64,000 nucleotides of DNA from an uncultured Methanoregulaceae archaeon (GTDB lineage Archaea; Halobacteriota; Methanomicrobia; Methanomicrobiales; Methanospirillaceae): the NCBI GenBank assembly GCA_963705255.1, contig OY970061.1, forward strand, positions 1,312,001 through 1,376,000, read 5' to 3'. Positions 21,358 to 31,303 of the stretch are shown here, piece by piece (the stretch's first letter is position 1; every line of letters begins with the position of its first letter). The notes beneath the pieces were generated by a model, which was not told the origin of the DNA, did no database searches, and saw nothing but the letters and a program-made list of their open reading frames with translations. A program made the position numbers and the translations under genes.

Positions 21358-21603
21358 CGGCGTTCATCGCATCGGAAATGTAAGTGTACTCATCTCGTCG
21401 AAATATCTGAATAATGTGTTTTGGCGGAATACCCAGTGCTCTCTGAAAAGCACATCCTTACAATTATCTTGTATTGGACGATAAACCATCTGAATCTTCG
21501 ATATATATGTGTGCAAAATTTTCCCATGTCCACCATTTTCATTTATTTTCCTTTTCATTCCGGCACCACCCTTAATACCCCCCGGCACTGACTCTCCTCC
21601 GGC

Positions 21604-22809
21604 ATGAAAAAACCGTCACGGACACGGGTGCCCGATACTGGACTGGCTTCTTCCATCAAGGCTATGTCGCAAAAACGAGAGTCGCTCCTCTCCCCGCTCG
21701 CAACTACGGGCGCCGATGCGGTCCGGAGGCACAACCGGACACCGGATGATATCCGGACCCCCTATTCACGCGATGCAGACCGGATCATCCACACCCGGGC
21801 GTACACGCGGTACATTGACAAGACCCAGGTCTTCTTCTTCGTGGAGAACGACCACATCACCCACCGGGTCATCCACGTCCAGCTGGTCTCGAAGATCGCA
21901 CGGACGATCGGGCGGTGCCTCCGGCTCAACGAGGACCTGATCGAAGCAATAGCACTCGGCCACGACATCGGGCATATCCCTTACGGCCATTTCGGCGAGT
22001 CCTGCCTCTCTGGGATTTGCGGGCAGCACGGGATCGGGAAGTTCTTCCACAACGTCCAGAGCGTCCGTTTCCTCGACCAGATCGAGGACTGCGACCTGAC
22101 CATGCAGGTGCTGGACGGCGTCCTCTGCCACAACGGCGAGGCCGACGATGTCCGGATACGGGCGGAGCCCTGTACCGGCTGGCTCGCGTTCGACAAGAAA
22201 GTGCAGGACAACGCTGACGGAAGGCGCTCCCGCTCGCCCATGACGCTCGAGGGATGCGTGGTTAAGTTCGCCGACACCATCGCGTATATCGGGCGCGATC
22301 TGCAGGATGCCCGGGAAGTTGGCCTCATCGGGGCAGGCGAGGAGATCCCGGAGCAGTCGAAAGAGGTCCTCGGCGGGACAAACCGTGAGATCATCAACAC
22401 CCTGATCTACGACCTGCTGGAGAACAGCGAGACCGAGAACGAGGGATACATCTCCTACAGCAGGGACGTCGAGTCCGCCCTGATCGCCCTGCGTACCTAT
22501 TCGCGGGAGCGGATCTACGACAACCCGGTCCTGACCGCGGAACGGGGCAAGATCCGCCGGATGTACTCAACCCTGTTCTTATCCTGTCTCGAAGATATCA
22601 AAAGGGACGATAAAAGCGCAAGGATCTTTACGGATTTTATCGCGTCCGGCTGGACCAGTCCCCGCTATCTCGGGTCTGCAACACCTGCCGAACTGGTGAG
22701 GGACTTCATCGCCGGTATGACCGACCGGTACTTTGCAAAACGGTACGAGGAGTGCGTGATCCCCCGCAGGACCGAGGGTAAGTTCTGCAGCCAGCTGGAA
22801 CGGACCTGA
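21604..22809 (+). CDS. HD-domain dGTP triphosphohydrolase-like protein
   Basis: RDADRIIH, DKTQVF, HRVIH, LGHDIGH.PYGH.GE, ADTIAY, DFIAGMTD. Confidence 0.9.
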   Translation: MKKPSRTRVPDTGLASSIKAMSQKRESLLSPLATTGADAVRRHNRTPDDIRTPYSRDADRIIHTRAYTRYIDKTQVFFFVENDHITHRVIHVQLVSKIARTIGRCLRLNEDLIEAIALGHDIGHIPYGHFGESCLSGICGQHGIGKFFHNVQSVRFLDQIEDCDLTMQVLDGVLCHNGEADDVRIRAEPCTGWLAFDKKVQDNADGRRSRSPMTLEGCVVKFADTIAYIGRDLQDAREVGLIGAGEEIPEQSKEVLGGTNREIINTLIYDLLENSETENEGYISYSRDVESALIALRTYSRERIYDNPVLTAERGKIRRMYSTLFLSCLEDIKRDDKSARIFTDFIASGWTSPRYLGSATPAELVRDFIAGMTDRYFAKRYEECVIPRRTEGKFCSQLERT

Positions 22810-22812
22810 ACG

Positions 22813-23011
22813 TCAGTCGTATTTTCCCTTGGGCTCGGCCCAGCCGGTGAACCCACAGTAGATGCAGCCCACGCCCTCGCAGTGCCGGCAGGGCCTCTTC
22901 GGGGCGGCGACAAGGACGGTCCCGGTCCTGCTGCAGGTACAGGCAACCTTCCCCCCCGCAGTGTCCGCAGGTGGCGGGTTCGTAGGTCTTCCCGTTATCC
23001 GTCACAACCAT
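22813..23011 (-). CDS. small DnaJ-type (CxxCxGxG) zinc-finger protein, +1 frameshift near 22936
   Basis: Removing one base gives ...CGHCGGEGCLYCSRTGTVLVAAPKRPCRHCEGVGCIYCGFTGWAEPKGKYD*. Confidence 0.75.
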
Positions 23012-23063
23012 CCACCTTCATTCGCATACCCTCTGTAGCCGTTACCGGCAGCAGAGCGGTACA

Positions 23064-25102
23064 TCAGTCTTCGTCCTCGTCGAGATAGCCGTGGAGGGCA
23101 TCGAGGAGTTCTGCCGTGGACTGGTAGCGCTGCGCCGGGTCTTTCTCAAGGCACTTCAGGATGATCTTCTCCACTGCCTCGGTTTCGGGGTTGAACTCGC
23201 TCGGGGCGACCGCCGTCTCCCGGAGGATGGCATTTCCGACCTCCACGATACTCTCGCCGCCGAACGGGATCGACCCGGTCACCAATTCGTAGAAGACCAC
23301 GCCGAGCTGGTAGATGTCCGTGCGTTCGTCCGTCCTCCCGAACTCAGATGGAGAGACCTGTTCCGGTGCGGCATAGGAGAGCGAGAACCCGGCAACGCTC
23401 GACTTTTTCACGTCGGCTGCAAGCACCTTGCTCATCCCCCAGTCGGTGATCTTGGGCACGAGCTCCTCGGTGAGGAGGATGTTGTGGGGCTTGATGTCCC
23501 GGTGGATGAACCCGTGCCCGTGGGCGTAACGCAGACCCTCCGCCACTCCCGTGATGAGGTGGACCGCCTTCCAGACCGGCATGGGTTTCCCGACCCCCTC
23601 GAGCGAACCGGCCACGAACTCCATCTCTACGTAGGGGACCGGCAGGATATTGACTGCGGTCACCTCGACGATATTGGGGTGCCGCAGGGTCTCCCAGGCC
23701 GCGATCTCGTTCAGGAAACACTTCCCGGTCACTTCGTCAAAGCTGATCGGGATCTTGACTGCCACCCTGACACTGTCCGATTTGCGGCAGGCAGAGAAGA
23801 CCCAGGCGATCCCGCCGCGCCCCACGAACCTGATACCGGTATACTTATTCTCAAGTTCCTTTGGGAAGTAGCTCTTCTTGTCGGTTGCGGACGGGAGTGG
23901 TGATGAGGCCGTCTCGTCCACGTGAATGGTCTTATCAGCGGGGAAGGTGAGCAGGGAACGGGTGCGCCCGGCCACGGTATTGAGCACACGGGTTACCGTG
24001 GAAGCTGCCTGGACCCGGGCCTCATGAGGAGTACCACCCTTTTTCCGGGCAAAGAAATACACTCCCGCGGCTGTTGCCGCGACCAGAAGCAGGGTGACGG
24101 CAAGGCCGGCGCTCCCGAAGGGGAACTGGCCCTGTGCTGAGGGCGCCGTTGTCCTCGCCGGAACAGACGCAGTGGGATTCACTGATGGGGGGGGACTGCC
24201 GGATGGGCTGACAGGCATGGGCGCCGTACTCTGAGTAACACCGGTATAATATTCCGGCGGGTCCATCAGGGGGAACGAATCAACGATATCCTGCGGGCCC
24301 CCCCCGGACTGTTCCTCCCGGCCGAAAGGCTGATGACATAGGGTGTATCCCCGATGCCATTGCCATTCTTGTCCTGGCCGTAATAGTCGCTCCAGTAATT
24401 GCCCATCCGGCTCTCATCCATCAGGCCGAGATACGTATAGGTGAATGGGGCGGGAGAGCTCCATACGGAATCAGGGCTCTTCGAGACGACGTTTTCAGGA
24501 TTCACGAACGTGTTCCGGTATATGGAATTTGCGAGCGAACTTTCGTCTAAGGAGATCCCGACAGTATTTTTCTGCAGGACATTCTTCTCGATCAGATTCC
24601 CGCTGGAGGACTCGAGGGCTATGCCTGCCTTGTTGTTGTCGGAGATCTCATTCCCGGTGATAGTGGTTTTTCCGCCCGAGACGATTGCGATGCCCTGCGC
24701 AGTGTCCCGGATGGTATTGTTCAGGATTGTGTTGCCCTCCGACGTGATCCGGATCCCGCCCGATGAGGTACCTGACTGCACGGTGAAACCCTCGATGGTG
24801 CACCCTTTGGCAAGGACCGTGATGGCATCTCCCCGCCCGGTCGCGATCACCGGGGCTCCGCCTCCGGTATCAACACCGATCAGGGAGACCTGCCTGTCAA
24901 GTTTCAGGTTCTCCGTATAGGTCCCGCTTTTCACCAGGATGGTGTCCCCGCTGGCAGACCAGTCGATCGCGTCCTTGATGGTGACGAAATCGGCACCGGA
25001 TGGGGCAACGGTGTGTTCTGCTGCCGTGACCGGCAGGCACAGGAAGGCAAGGGTAAGGGCGACGATGAGCAGGGAGGGGAGAAAGCGGTGCATCGGGATC
25101 AC
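23064..25102 (-). CDS. receptor-type Ser/Thr kinase: signal peptide, NosD/CASH beta-helix, TM, kinase; frameshift in G-run near 24300
   Basis: GNYWSDY.G.D.NGNGIGDTPY; shifted frame reads QDIVDSFPLMDPP into the kinase ORF; GRGG, VAVK, HRDIKPHN, DWG, APE. Confidence 0.85.
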
Positions 25103-25180
25103 AGGCGGGTCAGAAGGTCGTGGGTGCCGGTGCGGTATGAAAAGCGGGGAGGCTTGTTCCGGGTACGGAGACAGGATACA

Positions 25181-25966
25181 TCAGCTATTCCCTGGGAGGA
25201 TCAGCAGCAGTTTCACGCCGGAAATTCCTTTTGCGAGCTCGATGAGGTCCCCATCCCGGACCGGGGCCCGGACATTCTTTTCGAGCTTCGTGTTGTTCAG
25301 CTGGGTCCCGCCGGTGCTCCCGCAGTCTTCGATGAACCAGGTCCCTTTGTCATGTACGAGCCTGCCATGCGGGCGGGAGACGCGGGTCACGGCAGTGTAA
25401 CTGTCGGAGAGGACGATATCGGAATCAGGGCGGTATGATGAGGCGTGTTCCGGGTCATTCCTGCCGATGCTGACCGTGCTGTCCCGCAGTGAGAACACTT
25501 TCCCGTCGTCAGATCCGCCAAGCGCGATTGCTGCGGGGACATTTCCCAGCACTTCCTTCGAGAGGGTACCTTTCACTTCGCCGAGACGTTTTGAGATCTC
25601 GCTTCCCACGACCTGGACCCGGGTATTGGAGAAGAGCCCGAGGTTCCTGACGATAACTTCCATCCCGCCGGGGACGAGAGAATATTCCCAGACCGGGTGT
25701 ATTCCCTTGGACGTCGGGGCGCCAAGGCCGGCCTCTTTTTTGATGACGCCTATACTCAGGAGCCTGTCGAGATGTTTTTTGGTATTTTCATAGCTCGTCT
25801 CGATCTCTTTTGAGATCGCCCGTGCGTCGCGGGGCTTTTTCCCGAGGAATTTCAATATCCTGAGCCGTGCGCTGCTCGAGAGCACATCAAGATATTCCGA
25901 GAGCTCCTCCAGCGAATCGGCTTCTTCATGGACAATTATCGTGGGAGACTTATCCGCGGAATCCAT
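25181..25966 (-). CDS. ArsR-type wHTH plus FHA domain protein
   Basis: N-terminal RLRILKFL..HL..L..IGVI; FHA motifs IGR, VSRPH, EDCGSTGGT.LN, DGDLIEL. Confidence 0.88.
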   Translation of the reverse strand: MDSADKSPTIIVHEEADSLEELSEYLDVLSSSARLRILKFLGKKPRDARAISKEIETSYENTKKHLDRLLSIGVIKKEAGLGAPTSKGIHPVWEYSLVPGGMEVIVRNLGLFSNTRVQVVGSEISKRLGEVKGTLSKEVLGNVPAAIALGGSDDGKVFSLRDSTVSIGRNDPEHASSYRPDSDIVLSDSYTAVTRVSRPHGRLVHDKGTWFIEDCGSTGGTQLNNTKLEKNVRAPVRDGDLIELAKGISGVKLLLILPGNS

Positions 25967-26208
25967 AGCACCCCATCCGGATTCTCTCTGTTGGTGTCAC
26001 CATGTAGTCACCGGAAGATTGGGTCATGACGGTTTATATTACCTCCTCACAGGATAACCACCGTGGTTTTCTGTTGAACCCCGCGGTTATACCAACAAAC
26101 CAGGGCGATTTGGGGTATTTATCTGCAGGAGCAGAAAAAGAGTATAAGCAGGTGATGCACGAGCATAGTTCGGCATGTCACCGACCCAGGAACCGCAAGA
26201 AGGGGGAC

Positions 26209-26502
26209 ATGGACATGGACACAGGCAAGATCATCATCGGGTTTTCACTCATCCTCCTGTCCCTTGCGCTGATGGCGAACCCATCCCGTGCGGCAGGGCC
26301 GGATATCTCCTGCAGGGTTGGATGCGGGAGTGCCGTTTTTCAGGAGAGCGGCATGACATATCCTCTGACCGTGCCTGTGTTAGAGCGTTCTGTACCTCCT
26401 ACTCCTGTTTCCGCTCGAGGACCGGGCCCTGGTGAACGCACCGCAGACCCTGCTGCCATGGACAGCACGGGATTCCCCGTCAGAAGTCACCTGCCCGTTT
26501 GA
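26209..26502 (+). CDS. hypothetical secreted protein or remnant
   Basis: GGGGG SD-like run before ATG, signal-peptide-like N-terminus; the same frame continues after TGA to 26721. Confidence 0.35.
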   Translation: MDMDTGKIIIGFSLILLSLALMANPSRAAGPDISCRVGCGSAVFQESGMTYPLTVPVLERSVPPTPVSARGPGPGERTADPAAMDSTGFPVRSHLPV

Positions 26503-26863
26503 ACGATGACCACCCACGTACATTCCCCCTCCTCACTGCAGAGGGCCAAGAAATCAGCCAGCAGTACACCAAGATCGCCCCGTACATCCGCGGTAATCTC
26601 TCTCTCCAGAGGCCGGGAGGGATACGAAAAGATCCCTGCCGGGTCATACATGCAAAGTCTCCACTTTTTTTACGATCGTCCGGCGCCGGTCACGGTAAAA
26701 AGAATGGCCATAAACCGCTGACCTGAACCCTTCCGTTCCCGGCAGTGTTTGTCATCAGGCAATTCCTCAAACCGTACGGATAAATCCCGTGCTGCACATA
26801 CCGGGAAAAATACCTCAGCCGAAGGCCCGGCGGGATTTTCAAATGGGGGAACACGGGAAAAAG

Positions 26864-27814
26864 TTATTTCTTTCTCACCGGAAGAAGCCAGCTGCAGAGG
26901 GCTGCAATACCGAGTGCCGCAATGGCAAGGACTCCCGGCAAGGGGGACTGCGGGGTGGCCGTCGGGTATGGCGTCGGTACCGTCAGAGTCGGTTTATGGG
27001 TCGTCACCTTTGTCAGGGCCGATCCGGGAGCGGGGGTCTGAGTCAGGGTGGCGGCGAATGTCGGCACCGGCGTAACCGTGGACGGAGTGGTCAGGCGGAC
27101 ACTGTCGATGTATCCCTCGGCAAAGATGTACATCTGCCCGTAATCGCCTATTGAACCAAGGTAAATCCGGTCCATCCCGTACAGCGGGTCGATAGTATTG
27201 ATGAAATAGCCCCAGATCTCAGTTCCGGTATTCCTATCGTTTACCCTCATGCTGAGGATATTCGTAACGTTATCATAATTCACGGTAACGTGGTACGTCG
27301 TGTTCACTTCGTATTTGGCAGTTGGCCCCTCGTACGCGATGGTGCCGCTGGTCAGGGTATCGTCATGCTGACTGTCAACCTCGACCATCTTGTTGCCGGG
27401 CGTGACCATGTGCAGCCACATGATCTGGCCGAATTTGGCGTTGGTAAATTCTGTCAGGACATTGGGGCCTTTGCCCGGGTTCATCTCTGCTCCCGAGAAG
27501 CCGAGGCGGAAGGTTGCACCATCGTCGATCCGGGTGAGCATGACATCGTATTCAAGCGTGAACGGGCCCCCGTTATAGTTGACTTCTTTATAGGCATAGG
27601 CGCCCGTGCTTGGTTGTATGGAAAAATGGTACATCCCCCGGTTCGGGTCCCAGTAATCGGTCGACGGGTTGTTCGTGATCCACCGGGGATCCGTTGAGAA
27701 CGTGCTCTGGTAGATCACGTTCACCTGCTGGTTGTCGTCAGCATGGAGCGGCGGCACGATGGCCAGCAGGCAGACTGCGATGAAGAGGTATATGAGAAAT
27801 TTCCGTAGCGTCAT
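26864..27814 (-). CDS. secreted/surface protein with Pro/Thr linker and C-terminal sorting-signal-like TM
   Basis: Signal peptide; T/P-rich linker; SPLP..hydrophobic..RKK end. Confidence 0.8.
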   Translation of the reverse strand: MTLRKFLIYLFIAVCLLAIVPPLHADDNQQVNVIYQSTFSTDPRWITNNPSTDYWDPNRGMYHFSIQPSTGAYAYKEVNYNGGPFTLEYDVMLTRIDDGATFRLGFSGAEMNPGKGPNVLTEFTNAKFGQIMWLHMVTPGNKMVEVDSQHDDTLTSGTIAYEGPTAKYEVNTTYHVTVNYDNVTNILSMRVNDRNTGTEIWGYFINTIDPLYGMDRIYLGSIGDYGQMYIFAEGYIDSVRLTTPSTVTPVPTFAATLTQTPAPGSALTKVTTHKPTLTVPTPYPTATPQSPLPGVLAIAALGIAALCSWLLPVRKK

Positions 27815-28302
27815 GATATTCTCCTGTACTGACTTCCCGGGAGCTGCAGGAGCTGCGGGGCTCCTTCAGGCTTGCGGGTATGAATTCCCTGTCGTCCTGC
27901 CGGAAAGGGGACTGAAAAGGACTGTCGTGTATGTACTCTGTCCCGGTTTTCTTAATAATATCGAAAAGAGCCAAAACAAAAGAGATCGTGCCGGCTGTTG
28001 TCTTTCTTCCCGCGCCCCACTCCAGGACCGGGGCGGGCCCCAGCTCGGTTTTATAGTGTTGAACACAACAATTATGACCAATTGTAGCCTCAAAAGAGGC
28101 GGAGAAAGTCCCACATCGAAGATGTGAGACTGCGGCGTAAGAATTACGCCGCATGGTCTATTTAAGAAGTAGCTGTGTTAACACTATTTGAGAAAACCCA
28201 AGTTGTAATAAAAGCCGGGTTTTCGAGTTTAAATGGGAATCCTTAAAAAACACTATATTTATGTTAAAAACACGCAATATAAGAGAACAGCAACATCACC
28301 GT

Positions 28303-28372
28303 GCGATAATAGTCTAGCGGTAGGACAGGAGCTTCCCAAGCTTCTAACCCGGTTCGATCCCCGGTTATCGCA
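28303..28372 (+). tRNA. tRNA-Gly(CCC); T-stem appears one G short
   Basis: Acceptor GCGATAA/TTATCGC, anticodon arm GGAGC-TTCCCAA-GCTTC, TTCGATC loop. Confidence 0.9.
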
Positions 28373-28380
28373 TCATTTGC

Positions 28381-29064
28381 ATGGAATCTGAACCTGAGCG
28401 CTCGGCAATCCGGATCATAGCGGAAAACCGCAGGGGCGTCCTGCGGGACATCGCCACGGTCGTTGCCGATCACGATGCCAACATCGTGATGATCAACCAG
28501 GAAGTCTTCGATTCCGGGCCGTACATCGGTCTTGCTGAACTCTATTTTGAATACGAAAGTGCTGAGGTCCGCGATCACGACCGCCTCATCAGTGACCTGA
28601 ATGGCATCGCATCCGTCAGGGACGTCAGATCCTACCAGCCGTTCGGCCATATTTTCGGGTCACGGGTGATCATCATCGGCGGCGGGGCACAGGTTGCCCA
28701 GGTCGCGCTCGGTGCGGTGAACGAGGCAGACCGGCACAACATCCGCGGCGAGCGGATCTCGGTGGACACCATCCCGCTCGTGGGCGAACGGACGCTCGCG
28801 CTTGCGGTGGACGCAGTCGCACGCCTGCCCCGGGCGTCCATTCTCGTGCTGGCCGGTTCGATCATGGGGGGGGATATCTCGAAGGCGGTGGACCGCGTCC
28901 GGGAAGCGGGGATCCCGGTGATAGCCCTCAGGATGGCGGGGACCGTGCCGGACCACGCCGACCTCGTGGTCACCGACCCGATCCAAGCCGGCGTATTTGC
29001 CGTGATGCACATCTCCAGCAAGGCTGTCTTCGATATCAACCGCGTCCGCGGACGTGAGTTCTGA
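28381..29064 (+). CDS. ACT-domain/DUF5612 protein
   Basis: ENRRGVLRDIA ACT start; GGGAQVAQVA.GAVNEADRHNIRGERISVDTIP. Confidence 0.88.
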   Translation: MESEPERSAIRIIAENRRGVLRDIATVVADHDANIVMINQEVFDSGPYIGLAELYFEYESAEVRDHDRLISDLNGIASVRDVRSYQPFGHIFGSRVIIIGGGAQVAQVALGAVNEADRHNIRGERISVDTIPLVGERTLALAVDAVARLPRASILVLAGSIMGGDISKAVDRVREAGIPVIALRMAGTVPDHADLVVTDPIQAGVFAVMHISSKAVFDINRVRGREF

Positions 29065-29636
29065 TGGATATCATTGAAAAGGCAGTCTCCATCCTGATGC
29101 ATGACGGGATCGTGGTTTATCCCACGGAGACTGTCTACGGTCTCGGGGCGGATGCGTTCTCCGATGAGGCCATTCTCAGGGTGTACGAGGCAAAGCAACG
29201 CCCGCTCTCGATGCCGGTCTCCATCGCAGTTTCGGATTTTGAGATGCTTTTCTGTGTCGCCCGCACCGAGCCGTGGATGGAGGGTTTCATCCAGGCGTTC
29301 CTCCCCGGGCCGGTGACCGTCGTCCTCCCCGCCCGGAATTGCGTGCCGGAGATCCTCACCGGGGGGACCGGCATGATCGGCATCCGGATCCCTGCCCAGG
29401 ATATCGCGCTTCGGCTGATCGAACGGTTCGACTCCCCGATAACGGCGACGAGCGCAAACCTCCACGGGTCGAAGGACCCCCGGACGCCGGACGAGTGCAC
29501 GGTCCCGAGGGACCTTCTGATCGATGGGGGCACGCTGCCCGGGGTGCCGAGCACGGTGGTCGATCTCACGGGGCGGACAATCGTGCGAAAGGGGGCCATG
29601 GCAGACAAAGTCGAAGCGTTCCTCTCGGGGAATTGA
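29064..29636 (+). CDS. L-threonylcarbamoyladenylate synthase (Sua5/YrdC)
   Basis: YPTETVYGLG, KQRP, PGPVT, ATSANLHG, STVVD. Confidence 0.93.
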   Translation: MDIIEKAVSILMHDGIVVYPTETVYGLGADAFSDEAILRVYEAKQRPLSMPVSIAVSDFEMLFCVARTEPWMEGFIQAFLPGPVTVVLPARNCVPEILTGGTGMIGIRIPAQDIALRLIERFDSPITATSANLHGSKDPRTPDECTVPRDLLIDGGTLPGVPSTVVDLTGRTIVRKGAMADKVEAFLSGN

Positions 29637-29645
29637 GGCCGGGAT

Positions 29646-30578
29646 ATGCCAAGACCTGTCCGCCTTCGCGATTTCATTGAAGATGAAGACGGGTGGCTCT
29701 ACGCGGTCTCCACGTATGACAACGATGAGCGGATTGGGTGCGTGCTCAGGTACGTCCCTGATGAGCAGGGTGAACGGGTCAATGCGGAAGGCAGGCACTA
29801 TACCAAATACGATTTTGAAGAGGCCTATGACCTCATCTCCCGCCGTAAGCCGCAGTATGCCGGGCTCCTCCACCACGTCCCCCATGGGGACGTGAAGAGG
29901 GTACTGAAACCCGATCACGAGATCGGGCGGATCGCCGCTGCCCACCCGGGAGTGCAGAAACTCGTCAGCCTCTTCTCGCTACCGGCGGGTACTGTCGGGT
30001 GCACCGGCTCACTCCTCTGCGGTCTCGAGAACGAGAGTTCGGACATCGATCTGGTCGTGTACGGGAGGCACTGGTTCGAGGCGCAGGCCCGGGTCCGGGA
30101 GGGAATCCGGAGCGGCAGAATCAAAAAACTCTCCGGACCGATGTGGAGGAAGGTGTACGAGAAACGCAGACCCGAGATCAGCGACGAGGAATTTGTTCTC
30201 CACGAACAGCGGAAGTGGAACCGGGGGCAGATCGGGGGGACCTATTTCGACATCCTCTACACCCGGTCCTACGACGAGATCCGGAGAGCCCCTGCAGGCA
30301 GGGGAACAGTCACCGGGAAGATGACCATCGAAGCAGACGTGACCGATGCGTCGCTTGCCTTCGACAGCCCGGCTGTCTATGAGGTGGAGCACGAATCGGT
30401 CTCCCGGGTCCTCTCCTTCACCCATACCTACAGCGGGCAGGCGCTCGCCGGAGAGACCATCGAGGCCTGCGGCGTCTGCGAGCGCCATGGCACCGAGCTC
30501 TGGCTGGTCGTGGGTACGACCCGGGAGGCCAGGGGGGAGTATATCGTCTCGAAGACCCTCCTGGGACATCAGTTCTGA
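29646..30578 (+). CDS. pol-beta-like nucleotidyltransferase domain protein
   Basis: GCTGSLL.G....SDIDLVVYG. Confidence 0.85.
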   Translation: MPRPVRLRDFIEDEDGWLYAVSTYDNDERIGCVLRYVPDEQGERVNAEGRHYTKYDFEEAYDLISRRKPQYAGLLHHVPHGDVKRVLKPDHEIGRIAAAHPGVQKLVSLFSLPAGTVGCTGSLLCGLENESSDIDLVVYGRHWFEAQARVREGIRSGRIKKLSGPMWRKVYEKRRPEISDEEFVLHEQRKWNRGQIGGTYFDILYTRSYDEIRRAPAGRGTVTGKMTIEADVTDASLAFDSPAVYEVEHESVSRVLSFTHTYSGQALAGETIEACGVCERHGTELWLVVGTTREARGEYIVSKTLLGHQF

Positions 30579-30612
30579 CTGCTGAGTGCGGGATACTTTT
30601 GCACACGCGCAC

Positions 30613-30982
30613 TCAGGAAAGGCCGGCGACCCTTACTTCAAGACGTTTCAGGAATGGATGATTCAGGATCTTCGGCCGGTACCAGACTTCGACGCAGTCT
30701 TCGGTACTGGCGGGGAAGGTATTCAAGGGACGGGACGAACCGGAACTTCCGGAGGATGTGCTGCATGATGGGGCGGGGCATCACCACCCGTACATTGTAC
30801 CCGATAGACAGCCAGGTCCGGATCAGGTCCTGGGTATTGCCCTCGCAACGGCGCCGTGAGATGATGTAGTGGAGGTAGAGCCGGTTGTCGTCCCGCACCT
30901 CCAGCCAACCGGAGAAGAGATCTTCAGAAAATCCCAGCGCGTCACCCTCCGGGGTGCCACTCTCGATCCGTTGTGCTCCCAT
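30613..30982 (-). CDS. hypothetical protein, +1 frameshift near 30703
   Basis: MGAQRIESG...LPRQY then shifted frame EDCVEVWYRPKILNHPFLKRLEVRVAGLS*. Confidence 0.55.
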
Positions 30983-31303
30983 GTGATTCGCCCCTATTTC
31001 TTCTGCGGATCTGATTGTTGTCGAGGAAGCCATAAAAGGAGGAGGAATGCGCACAGTGAAAGTGCCGAATGCGGGGAACACCCGGGGATCGGGAAAGTAC
31101 AGACCAGCGGGGGGCTCAAGGATAACCCCGGGGATACGGCCGTATGGACGCCCAGGGATAACGGAGCGGAGAACAACCGGGGATGCCGGTACCGGGGCTG
31201 TTTTCCGTGTCGGATAACCCGGAAGACCCCTTCGCGAAAAGCCGCCTTTTTTCCGCAATATTCAAGTCTGATTGGAGAATACAACTGATACAGGAAAACG
31301 GAT

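Noticed and set aside
21216-21420. RNase P or SRP RNA
   Set aside because: GGAGAAGTCC only loosely resembles the RNase P GAGGAAAGUCC, no matching 3' P4 strand was seen, and no SRP helix 8 motif was found.
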